Shown piece after piece: positions 10,233-20,306 of a stretch of DNA of 64,000 nucleotides. Each line of letters begins with the position of its first letter. Position 1 is the first letter of the stretch. Made by a program: the position numbers and the translations under genes. Location: assembly GCA_048939995.1 (NCBI GenBank), contig JBHLOY010000003.1, forward strand, positions 64,001-128,000, read 5' to 3'. Under the pieces are notes generated by a model that was given only the letters and a program-made list of their open reading frames with translations, did no database searches and had not been told where the DNA came from. Origin of the DNA: Promethearchaeota archaeon. GTDB taxonomy: Archaea; Asgardarchaeota; Lokiarchaeia; Sigyniarchaeales; SOKP01.

Positions 10233-11090
10233 ATGGAAAAAATTCTTGACGGTAAAAAGTTAGCAGAAAAACTCAATTCTGATTTGAAATCAAAAATATT
10301 AAATATATATACTGAAACAGGAATTAAGCCAAAATTGGCAGCTATTTTAGTAGGTGAAGATCCAGCTTCTGAAATCTATGTAAATATGAAGCGAAGAAAA
10401 TGCGAACAAGTTGGTATCGAATCAATATTAATAAAGCTAGATAGACAAATTTCAAAAGAAAGAATATTTAGCGAAATAGATAAATTGAATAATGATGAAA
10501 CTATCCATGGGATTCTTTTACAAATACCTTTACCTGAAAAGTTCAAAGAGATTAAATCAAAAATCTTAGAAAGGATTTCTCCCCTTAAAGATGTGGATGG
10601 TTTTAATCCTATTAATAAGGGGATGCTTTTTGATTATGAAGAAGAATTAGCACCATGTACCCCAAAAGGTATTATTGCTTTACTTGAATATTATAATATC
10701 ACAATACAAGGTAAAGATATAGTAATCGTAAATCGTTCTAATCTTGTTGGAAAACCTCTTATTTTTATGCTTCTTAAACGGAATGCAACTGTTACGATAT
10801 GTCATACTTCTACTAAAAGCATTGAAAACCATATGCAAAGAGCAGATATATTAGTAGTAGCTGTAGGAAAACCTAAATTTATCACAAAGGATAAGGTAAA
10901 AGAAGGTGTTATTATTATCGACGTGGGACAGAATAGAGTTCAAGGGAAGTTGTATGGTGATGTTGATTTTGAAGATGTATATGAAAAATGTGGTGCAATA
11001 ACACCAACGCCAGGAGGAATTGGACCTTTAACTGTTGCTTTCTTACTTCAAAATACTTTTATTGCTTATAAAAAACAATTAAAAATTTAA
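10233..11090 (+). CDS. folD: methylenetetrahydrofolate dehydrogenase/cyclohydrolase
   Basis: LDGKKLA, HGILLQIPLP, KDVDGF, PCTPKG, RSNLVGKP, TPTPGGIGPLT. Confidence 0.97.
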   Translation: MEKILDGKKLAEKLNSDLKSKILNIYTETGIKPKLAAILVGEDPASEIYVNMKRRKCEQVGIESILIKLDRQISKERIFSEIDKLNNDETIHGILLQIPLPEKFKEIKSKILERISPLKDVDGFNPINKGMLFDYEEELAPCTPKGIIALLEYYNITIQGKDIVIVNRSNLVGKPLIFMLLKRNATVTICHTSTKSIENHMQRADILVVAVGKPKFITKDKVKEGVIIIDVGQNRVQGKLYGDVDFEDVYEKCGAITPTPGGIGPLTVAFLLQNTFIAYKKQLKI

Positions 11091-11181
11091 AAAAGTAACA
11101 CTTTAAAAGAAATAAATAGATTTATTATTAATATAAGACATATAGAGGATTATCAGTAAAAATTAAATAGCTCTTAAAAAG

Positions 11182-11634
11182 ATGGCAGTTCTCGAGTGCG
11201 GAATAAATTTAGGAATGAGAAATTTGATCGAGATTCGCTATTATTCTTCCTCAGATAATTTACTAGATCCAAATTTGAGAGCAGGATTTCTTTCCGCCCT
11301 TGAGTCTTTTACTAGTGAAGTTTTTGGAGATGATATTAATGTTGTCTCATTAGCTTCATTCAAACTTGTATGTTATTGCGATTTAATTGCTTTACCTAAT
11401 GATACATTAAACAAGCAACCATTATTATCGTATGCAATTATCGAAAAAGAAACAGATACAGAACTTATAAAGAAATTCTTAAAGAAAATAAATTCCCATT
11501 TCCTGAATAGATATTCTCTTAATGACATTTTTTCAAAGAAAGAAAACTATTTCGCAAAATTTATAGATCGAATTAATGAAATTCTTGGAGATCTAAGATT
11601 AAAAACGGAAGATCGATTTAGATCGATTTTTTAA
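11182..11634 (+). CDS. longin-like domain protein
   Basis: DPNLRAGFLSALESFTSE helix after two N-terminal strands; FLKKINSHFLNRY...F C-terminal helices, typical of Asgard longin-fold proteins. Confidence 0.65.
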   Translation: MAVLECGINLGMRNLIEIRYYSSSDNLLDPNLRAGFLSALESFTSEVFGDDINVVSLASFKLVCYCDLIALPNDTLNKQPLLSYAIIEKETDTELIKKFLKKINSHFLNRYSLNDIFSKKENYFAKFIDRINEILGDLRLKTEDRFRSIF

Positions 11635-11689
11635 AAAAATTGGCTACTTATCATTGAAATAACCGAAAATTTTCAGGTGTTATAGGTTT

Positions 11690-12892
11690 ATGAGTTCAAA
11701 TATAGGTCCAGAAGCACAGGCAGCTTATCAAAAATATCTAGATGCTACCTCTTTAGAGGAAAAAATCAAAAAATTGGAGGAATTTATTTCTTTAGTACCA
11801 AAACATAAAGCCACTGAAAAGATCGTAGCGTTGAATCGATCCCGCCTTGCAAAGTTAAAAAGAGAGCAAGAAGAACAAAGAATTAGACAAAAAACGACAG
11901 CTAAAGTAATAAGCCCATTTTCCATTAAAAAAGAGACGATTCAAATAATCTTGATAAGTGACTATTATACTCCTGGTGCGGGTAAAACTTCACTATTGAA
12001 TTTTTTAACGGGAGCAGCAGAAGAGAAAATAGGGAAATTTACTGCATTACCCGAAATTGGTATCTATGAATATGATAAAATACGATATCAAATAGTCGAT
12101 ATGCCTTCGATAATGGAAGGTGCTTCTAATGGAATTGGCAATGGTAAAGAAATACTTTCTCAATTAAGATCATGTGATTTAATATGTTTTTGTATTGACT
12201 TATCTCGCGAATATGATTCTCAGATAAAATTATTATTAAGTGAGTTAAATAATGCAAATATTCGTTTAAATTTACCTCCACCACCAGTTACAATAGAAAA
12301 AACAGGTTCAAATAAAATACAAATATTCTTTCTTACTCCAGATGCAAAAGAATCTGATGAATTTCTCGAATTAACCGAAAGGATAAAGGAAATTGTCGCT
12401 GCTAGTGGTATTAGAAATGCTATAGTAAAAGTTTCTGGTGAGATAACGCTAGATCAAGTAGTCGATGCATTAAATCCGTCTGTTTCATATAAGAAAGCTA
12501 TAATTATCGGGACAAAGGGTGATTTACCTGGCACAAAAGAACAATTTGAAAAATTGAAGAAATCATATTTAGATAAATTTCCAGCAATAATTGGATCTAG
12601 CATACCTAAAAAAGAATTCCCAGATAATTTTGGAGAAATTATATTAAATATTCTTGGTAAAATCAAAATTTATACGATGAATAAAGGAGAAGTTGCTGAA
12701 AAGCCATTAGTGGTAGATTCAGAGCCAAATATGCCTAAAATTAGAGATATTGCATTAAGAATACATAAACGCTTCTATGATAAATTTGATCATGCTGTTG
12801 TAATTAGAGAATCAGAACGTCAAAAAAGAAAGAAAGTTGGGTTAGATTATGAACTAAAAAATAATGATATTGTAGAGTTATTTACTAAGTAG
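11690..12892 (+). CDS. DRG/OBG-family GTPase with C-terminal TGS domain
   Basis: PKHKATEK N-terminus; PGAGKTS, FTA, DMPS, TKGD; IH...F...KVGLDYELKNNDIVE TGS. Confidence 0.9.
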   Translation: MSSNIGPEAQAAYQKYLDATSLEEKIKKLEEFISLVPKHKATEKIVALNRSRLAKLKREQEEQRIRQKTTAKVISPFSIKKETIQIILISDYYTPGAGKTSLLNFLTGAAEEKIGKFTALPEIGIYEYDKIRYQIVDMPSIMEGASNGIGNGKEILSQLRSCDLICFCIDLSREYDSQIKLLLSELNNANIRLNLPPPPVTIEKTGSNKIQIFFLTPDAKESDEFLELTERIKEIVAASGIRNAIVKVSGEITLDQVVDALNPSVSYKKAIIIGTKGDLPGTKEQFEKLKKSYLDKFPAIIGSSIPKKEFPDNFGEIILNILGKIKIYTMNKGEVAEKPLVVDSEPNMPKIRDIALRIHKRFYDKFDHAVVIRESERQKRKKVGLDYELKNNDIVELFTK

Positions 12893-15563
12893 GAGAAGGA
12901 TTCCGTATTTTTTCTATAATATTAGGTATTTCTTTTATTTGATCCTCATATAATAAATCAAGTTTAGGAATTCCATTTAAAATATTCAAGATACTCTCAA
13001 ATGAATAGATTAAATTTTCTAAATAATCTACTATATCACCTTTAAATATTAAAATTTTATACTCCTCTTCAAAAATTCTGCTGATCTCTTCAACTGAGAG
13101 ATTATCATCAATTCTAAAGGATAATAACATTCGCTCTAAATTTTTTCTCCCGCAATCACAATAAGGATTATCCTTACAGCCACAATTAAAGATTTCATTT
13201 ACCCATTTTGTAATAAAGTCAATGAATTCATTTGAGAATTTTTTTCTTTTTTTTACATAATCTGCATCCATTAATGATAAGACACTTGAACTGAAGAAAT
13301 TATTACTAAAATATCTCATATTAATATTTTTTGATAAATCTGATACAACTTTTTTTGATAAGTAGACATTCTTTAATGGTTTTAATTCGAGCACGATATT
13401 TATGATGCTCTCAGCCTTTAGTTTTAAAACATCAATAATTTCTAAACTCTTTTCAACCGTTAAAAATGATTTGGAAATTGCCTGTCCTAATTGAGTAGTA
13501 GAATAAATTGAATTATAATCTAATATAATTAATTTCAATTTCATTAACTTTTTTAGTAGTAATTCAACTTCATAATCTGAATTAATTAAGTATTTATTAA
13601 ATTCATAGATACTATTTTTTGGAGTTCCCTCGTTAAACATTGAAATAAACCCAAGTAATTCTGTCATTGATTTATCTTCATTTGGCTCTAATTCAAAGTC
13701 TTTTATCTTCCCATTTAATAGTTTGATAGCTATATTCTCTTCAGTAATTTTCATTTTAGGAACATAAATCTTTTCAGGTTCTACAAGAAGATATGCATAA
13801 CCGATATCATGTTTCCCTAATCTTCCTGCTCGGCCTAACATCTGTTCAAATTCTGCCACCGTCAAAACTTTAATTCCCATTGCTAAAGATTCAAATATTA
13901 CTTGCTTTGCAGGGAAATCTACTCCTGCAGCTAGTGCAGCAGTAGCTACAACAGCTGAAATTTTCTGATCTTGGAAATCCATTTCAATTAACTTTCTTTC
14001 TTCACTAGTTAATCCTGAATGGTAAGCTCTTGTTTTGATCCCCTTTTTATCTAGGAATGTGGCTAGCGACTCACACTTTTTCCGAGAATTAGTAAAAACT
14101 ATAGATTGCCCTCTAAATCCATAACTAGATCTCTCGGAAAATGCAGATTGAACCAGTTTTATTATGAATTTATGCTTTAGGGTTTCATTTAAGCACAAAA
14201 TTAAGTGGCGTTCAATAGGGACAGGTCTATTATTATATTTAATTAATGTTCCATTTAGCTTTTTGGCTAAAAGTTCTGGAGCTCCAATTGTAGCGCTTAA
14301 ATATAAAAATTGCACATCCTTACAAATCACTTTCAACCTTGCTATTAATCCATCTAATAGATATCCTCTATCCAAATCGGTTAATACTTGAATCTCATCA
14401 ATTATTATTGTACCTATATCCCCCAATAAACCTTTATTTCCACTCCTTAACAAAAAATCTATAGCTTCATAAGTTGCAATAATAATATCGGCATCAACTA
14501 ATTCCTCTAAATTAAGAGTCTCTGTTTTATCTAATAATGATTCTCCAATTTTTTTTATTACCTTCAAACTTAAGGCTTTATATTTTATCTCGAATTCTTC
14601 TGTTCTTACATTTGCTAAAGCTACAATTGGAACTAAATATAACATTTTAAGCTTTTTTGTTAATACTTTTGAAATTCCAGCAATTTCACCAATTAAAGTC
14701 TTGCCAGAAGATGTAGGTGCCATAACTATTTGATTTTTATTATCACTTAACAGCCCTTGTTCAATTGAGATAGCTTGAATTGGCAGTAATCTGTAAATTC
14801 CCTGTGCTTTTAATATTTCAATTAACTTCATTGGTATAGAGACATTATCAAAATGATAATTTAAGTATTTTTTATTCAGAGAAGGACTTTTTTCAATATC
14901 GTACAAAGTAGTCTCTTTATTTTTGACTGGATTAAAATCTAGTTTAAAAGAATTTAGGACTTTATCAATGTTTTTAAATTTTAAAATCATATGATTAAAA
15001 AAATTTTTTAGCTTTGGATTAACTTTCTCGGTTGAAATTAACCCAATAAGTCTTGCTTGACCTAAAACAAGTTCTAAAGCACAATCAGAGCATACAATTT
15101 GATTTTGGCTTGATTTAATTTGCTGATTTTTATTTAGGATATTAAATTCTTTCCTATCTAAACAAGTTCTACAAAATGTTAAATTAATTATTTTATCATT
15201 ATTAACTTGGAAACTATTTAACATTTTTCGAATTTCTCGATAATATTTTGGATCAGTTTGACTTGAGAACGCTACAAATTGATTTTTCTCAGATTTTAGA
15301 AACTTTTTGAAAACTTTTGGATCAATAGGTTCTTTATCGCCGCCCTTTTGTATCTTCAAGAAAGATAGTGGACGAAACTTGTTTTTAAAATCTAAACCAA
15401 AAAGTAGTATACCTCTAAAAAAAGGCTTTCTAACATAAGTGATTGAGTGAGTCTTCTTGTTGAAAGATTTTAAATAAAAAAAGTTAATATTAAAACAGTT
15501 CTCTTTCTTACTTTCCAGATTTTTATCTAACACAATAAAGAACTTTCTATTGATAACACTCAA
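12885..15563 (-). CDS. archaeal DEAD/DEAH-box SF2 helicase (DUF5814-type)
   Basis: APTSSGKT, DEIQ, SAT, YHSGL, QMLGRAGR, C-terminal CGCKDNPYCDCG. Confidence 0.93.
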   Translation of the reverse strand: MSVINRKFFIVLDKNLESKKENCFNINFFYLKSFNKKTHSITYVRKPFFRGILLFGLDFKNKFRPLSFLKIQKGGDKEPIDPKVFKKFLKSEKNQFVAFSSQTDPKYYREIRKMLNSFQVNNDKIINLTFCRTCLDRKEFNILNKNQQIKSSQNQIVCSDCALELVLGQARLIGLISTEKVNPKLKNFFNHMILKFKNIDKVLNSFKLDFNPVKNKETTLYDIEKSPSLNKKYLNYHFDNVSIPMKLIEILKAQGIYRLLPIQAISIEQGLLSDNKNQIVMAPTSSGKTLIGEIAGISKVLTKKLKMLYLVPIVALANVRTEEFEIKYKALSLKVIKKIGESLLDKTETLNLEELVDADIIIATYEAIDFLLRSGNKGLLGDIGTIIIDEIQVLTDLDRGYLLDGLIARLKVICKDVQFLYLSATIGAPELLAKKLNGTLIKYNNRPVPIERHLILCLNETLKHKFIIKLVQSAFSERSSYGFRGQSIVFTNSRKKCESLATFLDKKGIKTRAYHSGLTSEERKLIEMDFQDQKISAVVATAALAAGVDFPAKQVIFESLAMGIKVLTVAEFEQMLGRAGRLGKHDIGYAYLLVEPEKIYVPKMKITEENIAIKLLNGKIKDFELEPNEDKSMTELLGFISMFNEGTPKNSIYEFNKYLINSDYEVELLLKKLMKLKLIILDYNSIYSTTQLGQAISKSFLTVEKSLEIIDVLKLKAESIINIVLELKPLKNVYLSKKVVSDLSKNINMRYFSNNFFSSSVLSLMDADYVKKRKKFSNEFIDFITKWVNEIFNCGCKDNPYCDCGRKNLERMLLSFRIDDNLSVEEISRIFEEEYKILIFKGDIVDYLENLIYSFESILNILNGIPKLDLLYEDQIKEIPNIIEKIRNPSPT

Positions 15564-15657
15564 TAAAGTCTCACTTATAATTTAATTTCAATAAGAAAAA
15601 ATGAAAATAATTAAATCAATTTTTCTGATAAATTTGTGTTAAAAAGTAAATTAAGGA

Positions 15658-15819
15658 TTAGAAGCCAAATATTTGCTTAATTTTATCATAAACTTCTTTA
15701 ATTTGTCTTAGTTTAGTTTCATCTCCTTGATTCAAAAAGTGCTCAATCCACTGAGCAAGACCATTAGATTCAATCCATTGTTTAAAATATTCAACAGCTT
15801 GGCGATCTTCAGAGGACAT
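15658..15819 (-). CDS. 53-aa small protein absent from the ORF track (MSSEDRQAVEYFKQWIESNGLAQWIEHFLNQGDETKLRQIKEVYDKIKQIFGF)
   Basis: ATG at 15819 to TAA at 15658-15660, uninterrupted, higher GC than the flanks, helical amphipathic pattern. Confidence 0.7.
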   Translation of the reverse strand: MSSEDRQAVEYFKQWIESNGLAQWIEHFLNQGDETKLRQIKEVYDKIKQIFGF

Positions 15820-15939
15820 TTTTTTTTACTTTTTTTAATTCTATATAAAATTATAAATTATTCTATTTTATATTTTTATAATTTTATTTTAGTTAATTAA
15901 AATTAATGTAAAACATAAAAAAGCAAAGTTGAAAATCTA

Positions 15940-16899
15940 ATGCCAGATGTAAAGATCAAAACTCCTAATTTGGATGATATATTTGAGAAATGGAAACAAA
16001 GTGCTGTAAGGAAAGATCGAAAAAGAATGGAAAAACAATTTGGTACAAAAGGTGCTGTGTTTTCTTTAGATGCCATATCTGCTGCCGAATATGTTAAAGA
16101 TACAATGAAGGAGGCTGCAATTTATTTTGCAGTTAAAATGACTCTTGGAGCTGCGCCAAAAGGAAAAGAAGAACATATCCTATTAGCTCCTAAATTACCC
16201 AGAGAATATTTTTATTCATTTAAGGGATCAGAAAAGGTTAATAAGGATAATTGGAAGGGAGATGAATTGGTACCTATGTATGAATCGATTCAACCGATAT
16301 CATGTAAAAATTGCGGAGGAAAGGGATATATTGATGGCAAATGTAAAAATTGTAATGGTAGTGGTAAAATCGAAGAAAATATTGTTGTTTTTATCGGGGA
16401 AGAGCAAAAGAAAGAAAAGAAACCCTTCTCCTATTCATGTGTTGCGTGTTATGGTACGGGAAATCGAAGGGAGCCTTGTAAAGAGTGTGGTGGGCATAAA
16501 AGTTTATATAAGTATGAGATTCTCCCTGTTCCTTTTAAAACAGTAGTTACTGGGATTCCAATACTTCATAGTAGTGCCCAAACTAAATATGAAAAAGAAA
16601 TGGGAGAGGATCTTCATAAAATGCTTGAAGATGTAGAAGGAATTAAGTTCAGTGAATTCAAAGAACTAGAGTCGAAATCAGAAGCTTCATTGGGGTATTG
16701 GAATAAAAATATAAAAAAAACAATTAACTCAGCAGGCAATGATTATAAAACTTATCAAAAAGATAAAGATACACAAATTACTACCCAGATTTATCTTTTT
16801 CCTCTTATCCAAATGTTCTGCGAGACTAAAAAAGGAAAAAAGTTCGAGATCTATAGTTTAGGCTCAGCAAATAAATTTATGATTTACTCAAACTTCTAA
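15940..16899 (+). CDS. DnaJ-type CxxCxGxG zinc-finger protein without J-domain (SSUH2-like)
   Basis: CKNCGGKG, CKNCNGSG, CVACYGTG, CKECGG; no HPD motif. Confidence 0.75.
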   Translation: MPDVKIKTPNLDDIFEKWKQSAVRKDRKRMEKQFGTKGAVFSLDAISAAEYVKDTMKEAAIYFAVKMTLGAAPKGKEEHILLAPKLPREYFYSFKGSEKVNKDNWKGDELVPMYESIQPISCKNCGGKGYIDGKCKNCNGSGKIEENIVVFIGEEQKKEKKPFSYSCVACYGTGNRREPCKECGGHKSLYKYEILPVPFKTVVTGIPILHSSAQTKYEKEMGEDLHKMLEDVEGIKFSEFKELESKSEASLGYWNKNIKKTINSAGNDYKTYQKDKDTQITTQIYLFPLIQMFCETKKGKKFEIYSLGSANKFMIYSNF

Positions 16900-16931
16900 T
16901 TCTTAATTCTTTTATATTTTTATGATAAATA

Positions 16932-19526
16932 CTACTCAATTATATCATAACGATATATTAATTTGATAAAAATTTTTAATAACCAAAATAGTTTTTTTGG
17001 TGTTCTTGAAACCCAGTAATTAAAGGTTGCGACAAAATCGTTTTCCTTTGAGTGCAGACCCTCTTGAAAACTGGGATAATTCAATCCCCCCGTTATTTTT
17101 GGGGGTTTACCTAAACTTTTGACATTTCGCCAGCTATCTTCCAGATTCCGTCTCCCTAACCATGATTTATCACTTTTTAATATAATTAAATCTCCGGATA
17201 CAGTTTTGATCTCACCATAAATGTTAATTAATCCAAGACCCCCAATATAGTCTGTATTTTCTACCATGATAATGTTTTCTCCTCTTTGTAAGAAGCTTTT
17301 TATATCAAAGATTTGAATATTATTTTCTAAGGTAACGAAGTTAAGAGAATGCCTTGTAATTGCATAACCAAGAAATTGATTATTTATATATATATTAGCA
17401 AATGTTCCTACAATTACTTGAATGTAAGCCTCACTTACAATATCTTCAACTTCTATAACTCTTTTATAACATGTTTTATGCACATTATGTATTTGTTTAG
17501 AATCATAATATATCGACTCACTTGGAATATTTGGGTTTATCCAAGTATCGTTATTCTTTATTTCAAAAACCTTATCTCTGTAAAATCTCAATAGCCAAAG
17601 ATAACGTTGTTTTATAGCATGAAATCCATCTTCTTTGGCACATTCAAGCCAAAGGGTTTGATATTCTTCTAAAATTTTATTTAGATTCGTTATTAAGTCA
17701 TTTATCTCTTCAATTCTTTCATTTTTTAATTTTAATTTGACTTTAATCGGGGAAAAGTCAATAAATTTTTTGGAATTCAGTCTTTTCTGACAATAGAATC
17801 TTAGATGTTTTGCTATAAAGGCAAGATTTCTTATATTTATTTTATTTTTAATAACTTTTTGTTCTAAATTTCTACAAGTGTCGATAATTGTATCTAAATT
17901 CTTAATAAGATTGTCATATTTCGTGGTTTTAATATTACGTTTATACATTGAACTTTTTTTATTGTAGGGATGGCTAAAGAAGTGATTATAATAAGAAGAT
18001 GCACGAGTGTGGAGTTTATTACTATCTTGAATTGTTCTTAAAGAGCCAAAAACCATTTCTAACTCAGGATCAATCAGACCAAAAAAATGTAGGAATAAAC
18101 CTCTCCAAAATTTAAGTTTATCAACATTTTTCTCGGGATTCCAGCCAACTTCTGCAGAAAAAATAAATCCATATATTCTATTTTCCCGTATTTCTTTATT
18201 CTTATAATCACCCCAACTTGAAGTAACTTCTCCTATAATTTTTCTATTATATCCGTAATTGATTAAATTAATAACATTTTTTTCTGATTTTGTAAATGAG
18301 GGTAATAATCTGTTATAATCCATAATAGAGGGGCTTACAATAATGGGATAACCATAGTTCTTAACATGATCTAAGGTAGGGTGCTTTTCTTTTGTATTAT
18401 ATTTCCAATACATAATAATCATGTCCTTCGGTAGCTCTTGTAGCACTTTTTTATGTCTATAAAGAATATCATGATAGATTATGATCTTTTTATATCCATG
18501 TTTCTTAGCAATCTCATAGATCTTCTTATAATGTTTAAGATAAGCATCTTCAATTCCTATTTCTTTGATATAGTTATGTGAAGCAGATTTGCCAATATCT
18601 GTACTTTCATCAGCTCCTATATGAAAGTACTCAGATTTAAAAACTTCACGTATTTCTTTAATCATAACATCTAATAATTGATAGATCCCTTTATTAGAGA
18701 TATTTAAGCTATTAGAGCCGGGAAATTCTGCATAATCCCAGTAATCTTTACGATTCAAAATATTGTCCCAATGTCCAGAAGTCTGAAAAATGGGAATGAG
18801 CTCAATAAAATGTTTTCTCGCGAATTCAAATAAATCCGCTATCTCTTCCTTAACATAAGCTCCTCTTCCCTCTGAAATGTCTGAATAGCTTTTAAATTTA
18901 AACATATCTTGTATATAAGCCAAATAATAATGGTTGATTTTAAAATGACTTAACTCTTCTATGAATTTTTTTAAATTTTCAATTGTCGCTGCTTGACCCC
19001 TTGAAATATCATCAGACACTCCTCTTATTTCTAATAATGGAAAATCAATTATCAATATATCATTTAGTGACCATTTGTCAGGTGTAGAATTAATTAATTG
19101 GAGCAAAGTTTGAATTCCATAATAAATTCCATTTGGAGTATCTGCTTCAATAATTACTTTATTTTCCTTGGATAATAAGATATAACCCTGCTTTATTTTA
19201 AGCTCATTATTCATAATGCTATCAATATTGGAACTAGGAAAAGCTTCGATACATTCCTTAATAATTTCTCCTTTGTTGACTAAAACTTCTATGCTTCTAT
19301 ATTTCTTAATTTGGATATCAATATTATTCTTAAAAATTCTTATTTTATTTTCGAATTGCTCTACAATAAAATCAAATTCATCCGATAGATCAGTTGAGAT
19401 GGTCATATGATTTGTAAAATTGAATAAATAATCACTTTTTATCTTGAAGTATTGAGCATTAGGAACAAGATATAATTCATTAGAAATTTTACTTTTTTTG
19501 ATCAAATTTTCTAAGCAGAAAAACAT
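16932..19526 (-). CDS. GH20 beta-N-acetylhexosaminidase with C-terminal beta-sandwich domain
   Basis: [17 protein letters not shown]...[10 protein letters not shown], catalytic HIGADE; no signal peptide. Confidence 0.92.
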   Translation of the reverse strand: MFFCLENLIKKSKISNELYLVPNAQYFKIKSDYLFNFTNHMTISTDLSDEFDFIVEQFENKIRIFKNNIDIQIKKYRSIEVLVNKGEIIKECIEAFPSSNIDSIMNNELKIKQGYILLSKENKVIIEADTPNGIYYGIQTLLQLINSTPDKWSLNDILIIDFPLLEIRGVSDDISRGQAATIENLKKFIEELSHFKINHYYLAYIQDMFKFKSYSDISEGRGAYVKEEIADLFEFARKHFIELIPIFQTSGHWDNILNRKDYWDYAEFPGSNSLNISNKGIYQLLDVMIKEIREVFKSEYFHIGADESTDIGKSASHNYIKEIGIEDAYLKHYKKIYEIAKKHGYKKIIIYHDILYRHKKVLQELPKDMIIMYWKYNTKEKHPTLDHVKNYGYPIIVSPSIMDYNRLLPSFTKSEKNVINLINYGYNRKIIGEVTSSWGDYKNKEIRENRIYGFIFSAEVGWNPEKNVDKLKFWRGLFLHFFGLIDPELEMVFGSLRTIQDSNKLHTRASSYYNHFFSHPYNKKSSMYKRNIKTTKYDNLIKNLDTIIDTCRNLEQKVIKNKINIRNLAFIAKHLRFYCQKRLNSKKFIDFSPIKVKLKLKNERIEEINDLITNLNKILEEYQTLWLECAKEDGFHAIKQRYLWLLRFYRDKVFEIKNNDTWINPNIPSESIYYDSKQIHNVHKTCYKRVIEVEDIVSEAYIQVIVGTFANIYINNQFLGYAITRHSLNFVTLENNIQIFDIKSFLQRGENIIMVENTDYIGGLGLINIYGEIKTVSGDLIILKSDKSWLGRRNLEDSWRNVKSLGKPPKITGGLNYPSFQEGLHSKENDFVATFNYWVSRTPKKLFWLLKIFIKLIYRYDIIE

Positions 19527-19612
19527 ATTGCTAAATCATTTAATAAACTAAAAAAATTTATTTAATACCGTTATCGTATCATAAGATTTATAAAGAAATG
19601 AAAAATATCTAG

Positions 19613-19644
19613 GTTTGAACTTATATAAGTTTAAACTTATATAA
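19613..19644. promoter_or_regulatory. nested palindrome / tandem 16-mer, candidate operator between divergent genes
   Basis: Perfect 24-bp palindrome TTATATAAGTTTAAACTTATATAA (19621-19644); GTTTRAACTTATATAA occurs twice in tandem. Confidence 0.45.
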
Positions 19645-19676
19645 AAATTGAATATAAAATTTGAAAGTGATGATAA

Positions 19677-20306
19677 GTGAATAGCCAAGTTGTAGCACCA
19701 GAAAAGAAATTTGAAGCAAAATATAAAACATTTAGAGGTTATGTTTTGTATACTAATTCATTGAGCGTTGCCATAGCAGCAATATTTTCTGCTTTTACTT
19801 GTGGCTTAACACTCCTATTTCCACTCCTTTTTCCACAAGGATTTATTAATATAGGTGATCTAGCGGTAATGATAACTGCAGTGCTTTTTGGTCCAATTAT
19901 TGGATTTACAGCAGGAGGTATTGGTCCTATGCTAGCAGATTTCATATTAGGATATCCCCAAACTGCTCTCTTCACATTAATAATAAAAGCTTGCGAAGGT
20001 TTTGTAGTAGGATTTATTTCTAACCCAAGAAAACATTACAAAAAAATTAATTATCAAGACATAGTTGGATTAATAATTGGAGGCTTGATAATGGTTTTTG
20101 GATACTTTTTTGTTGAATTATATATTTTTAGAGATCCTGGATGGGCATTTGGAGAATTACCTCTAAATTTTGGAGTTCAATTTGGTGTAGGAGTTATCGG
20201 GACAATAATTTTTATAATATCTTCTCGTAAGAACATTATAATTAACTTCCCTCATGTATTTGAAAAAATTTTTATTTTAGAATCTTTAGAAACCATATCA
20301 AAATAA
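19677..20306 (+). CDS. ECF transporter S component
   Basis: GFINIGD...FGPIIGFTAGGIGPMLAD...TLIIKACEG. Confidence 0.9.
   Translation: MNSQVVAPEKKFEAKYKTFRGYVLYTNSLSVAIAAIFSAFTCGLTLLFPLLFPQGFINIGDLAVMITAVLFGPIIGFTAGGIGPMLADFILGYPQTALFTLIIKACEGFVVGFISNPRKHYKKINYQDIVGLIIGGLIMVFGYFFVELYIFRDPGWAFGELPLNFGVQFGVGVIGTIIFIISSRKNIIINFPHVFEKIFILESLETISK

Noticed and set aside
15940-16899. dnaJ
   Set aside because: No J-domain/HPD or G/F region, and no dnaK or grpE nearby
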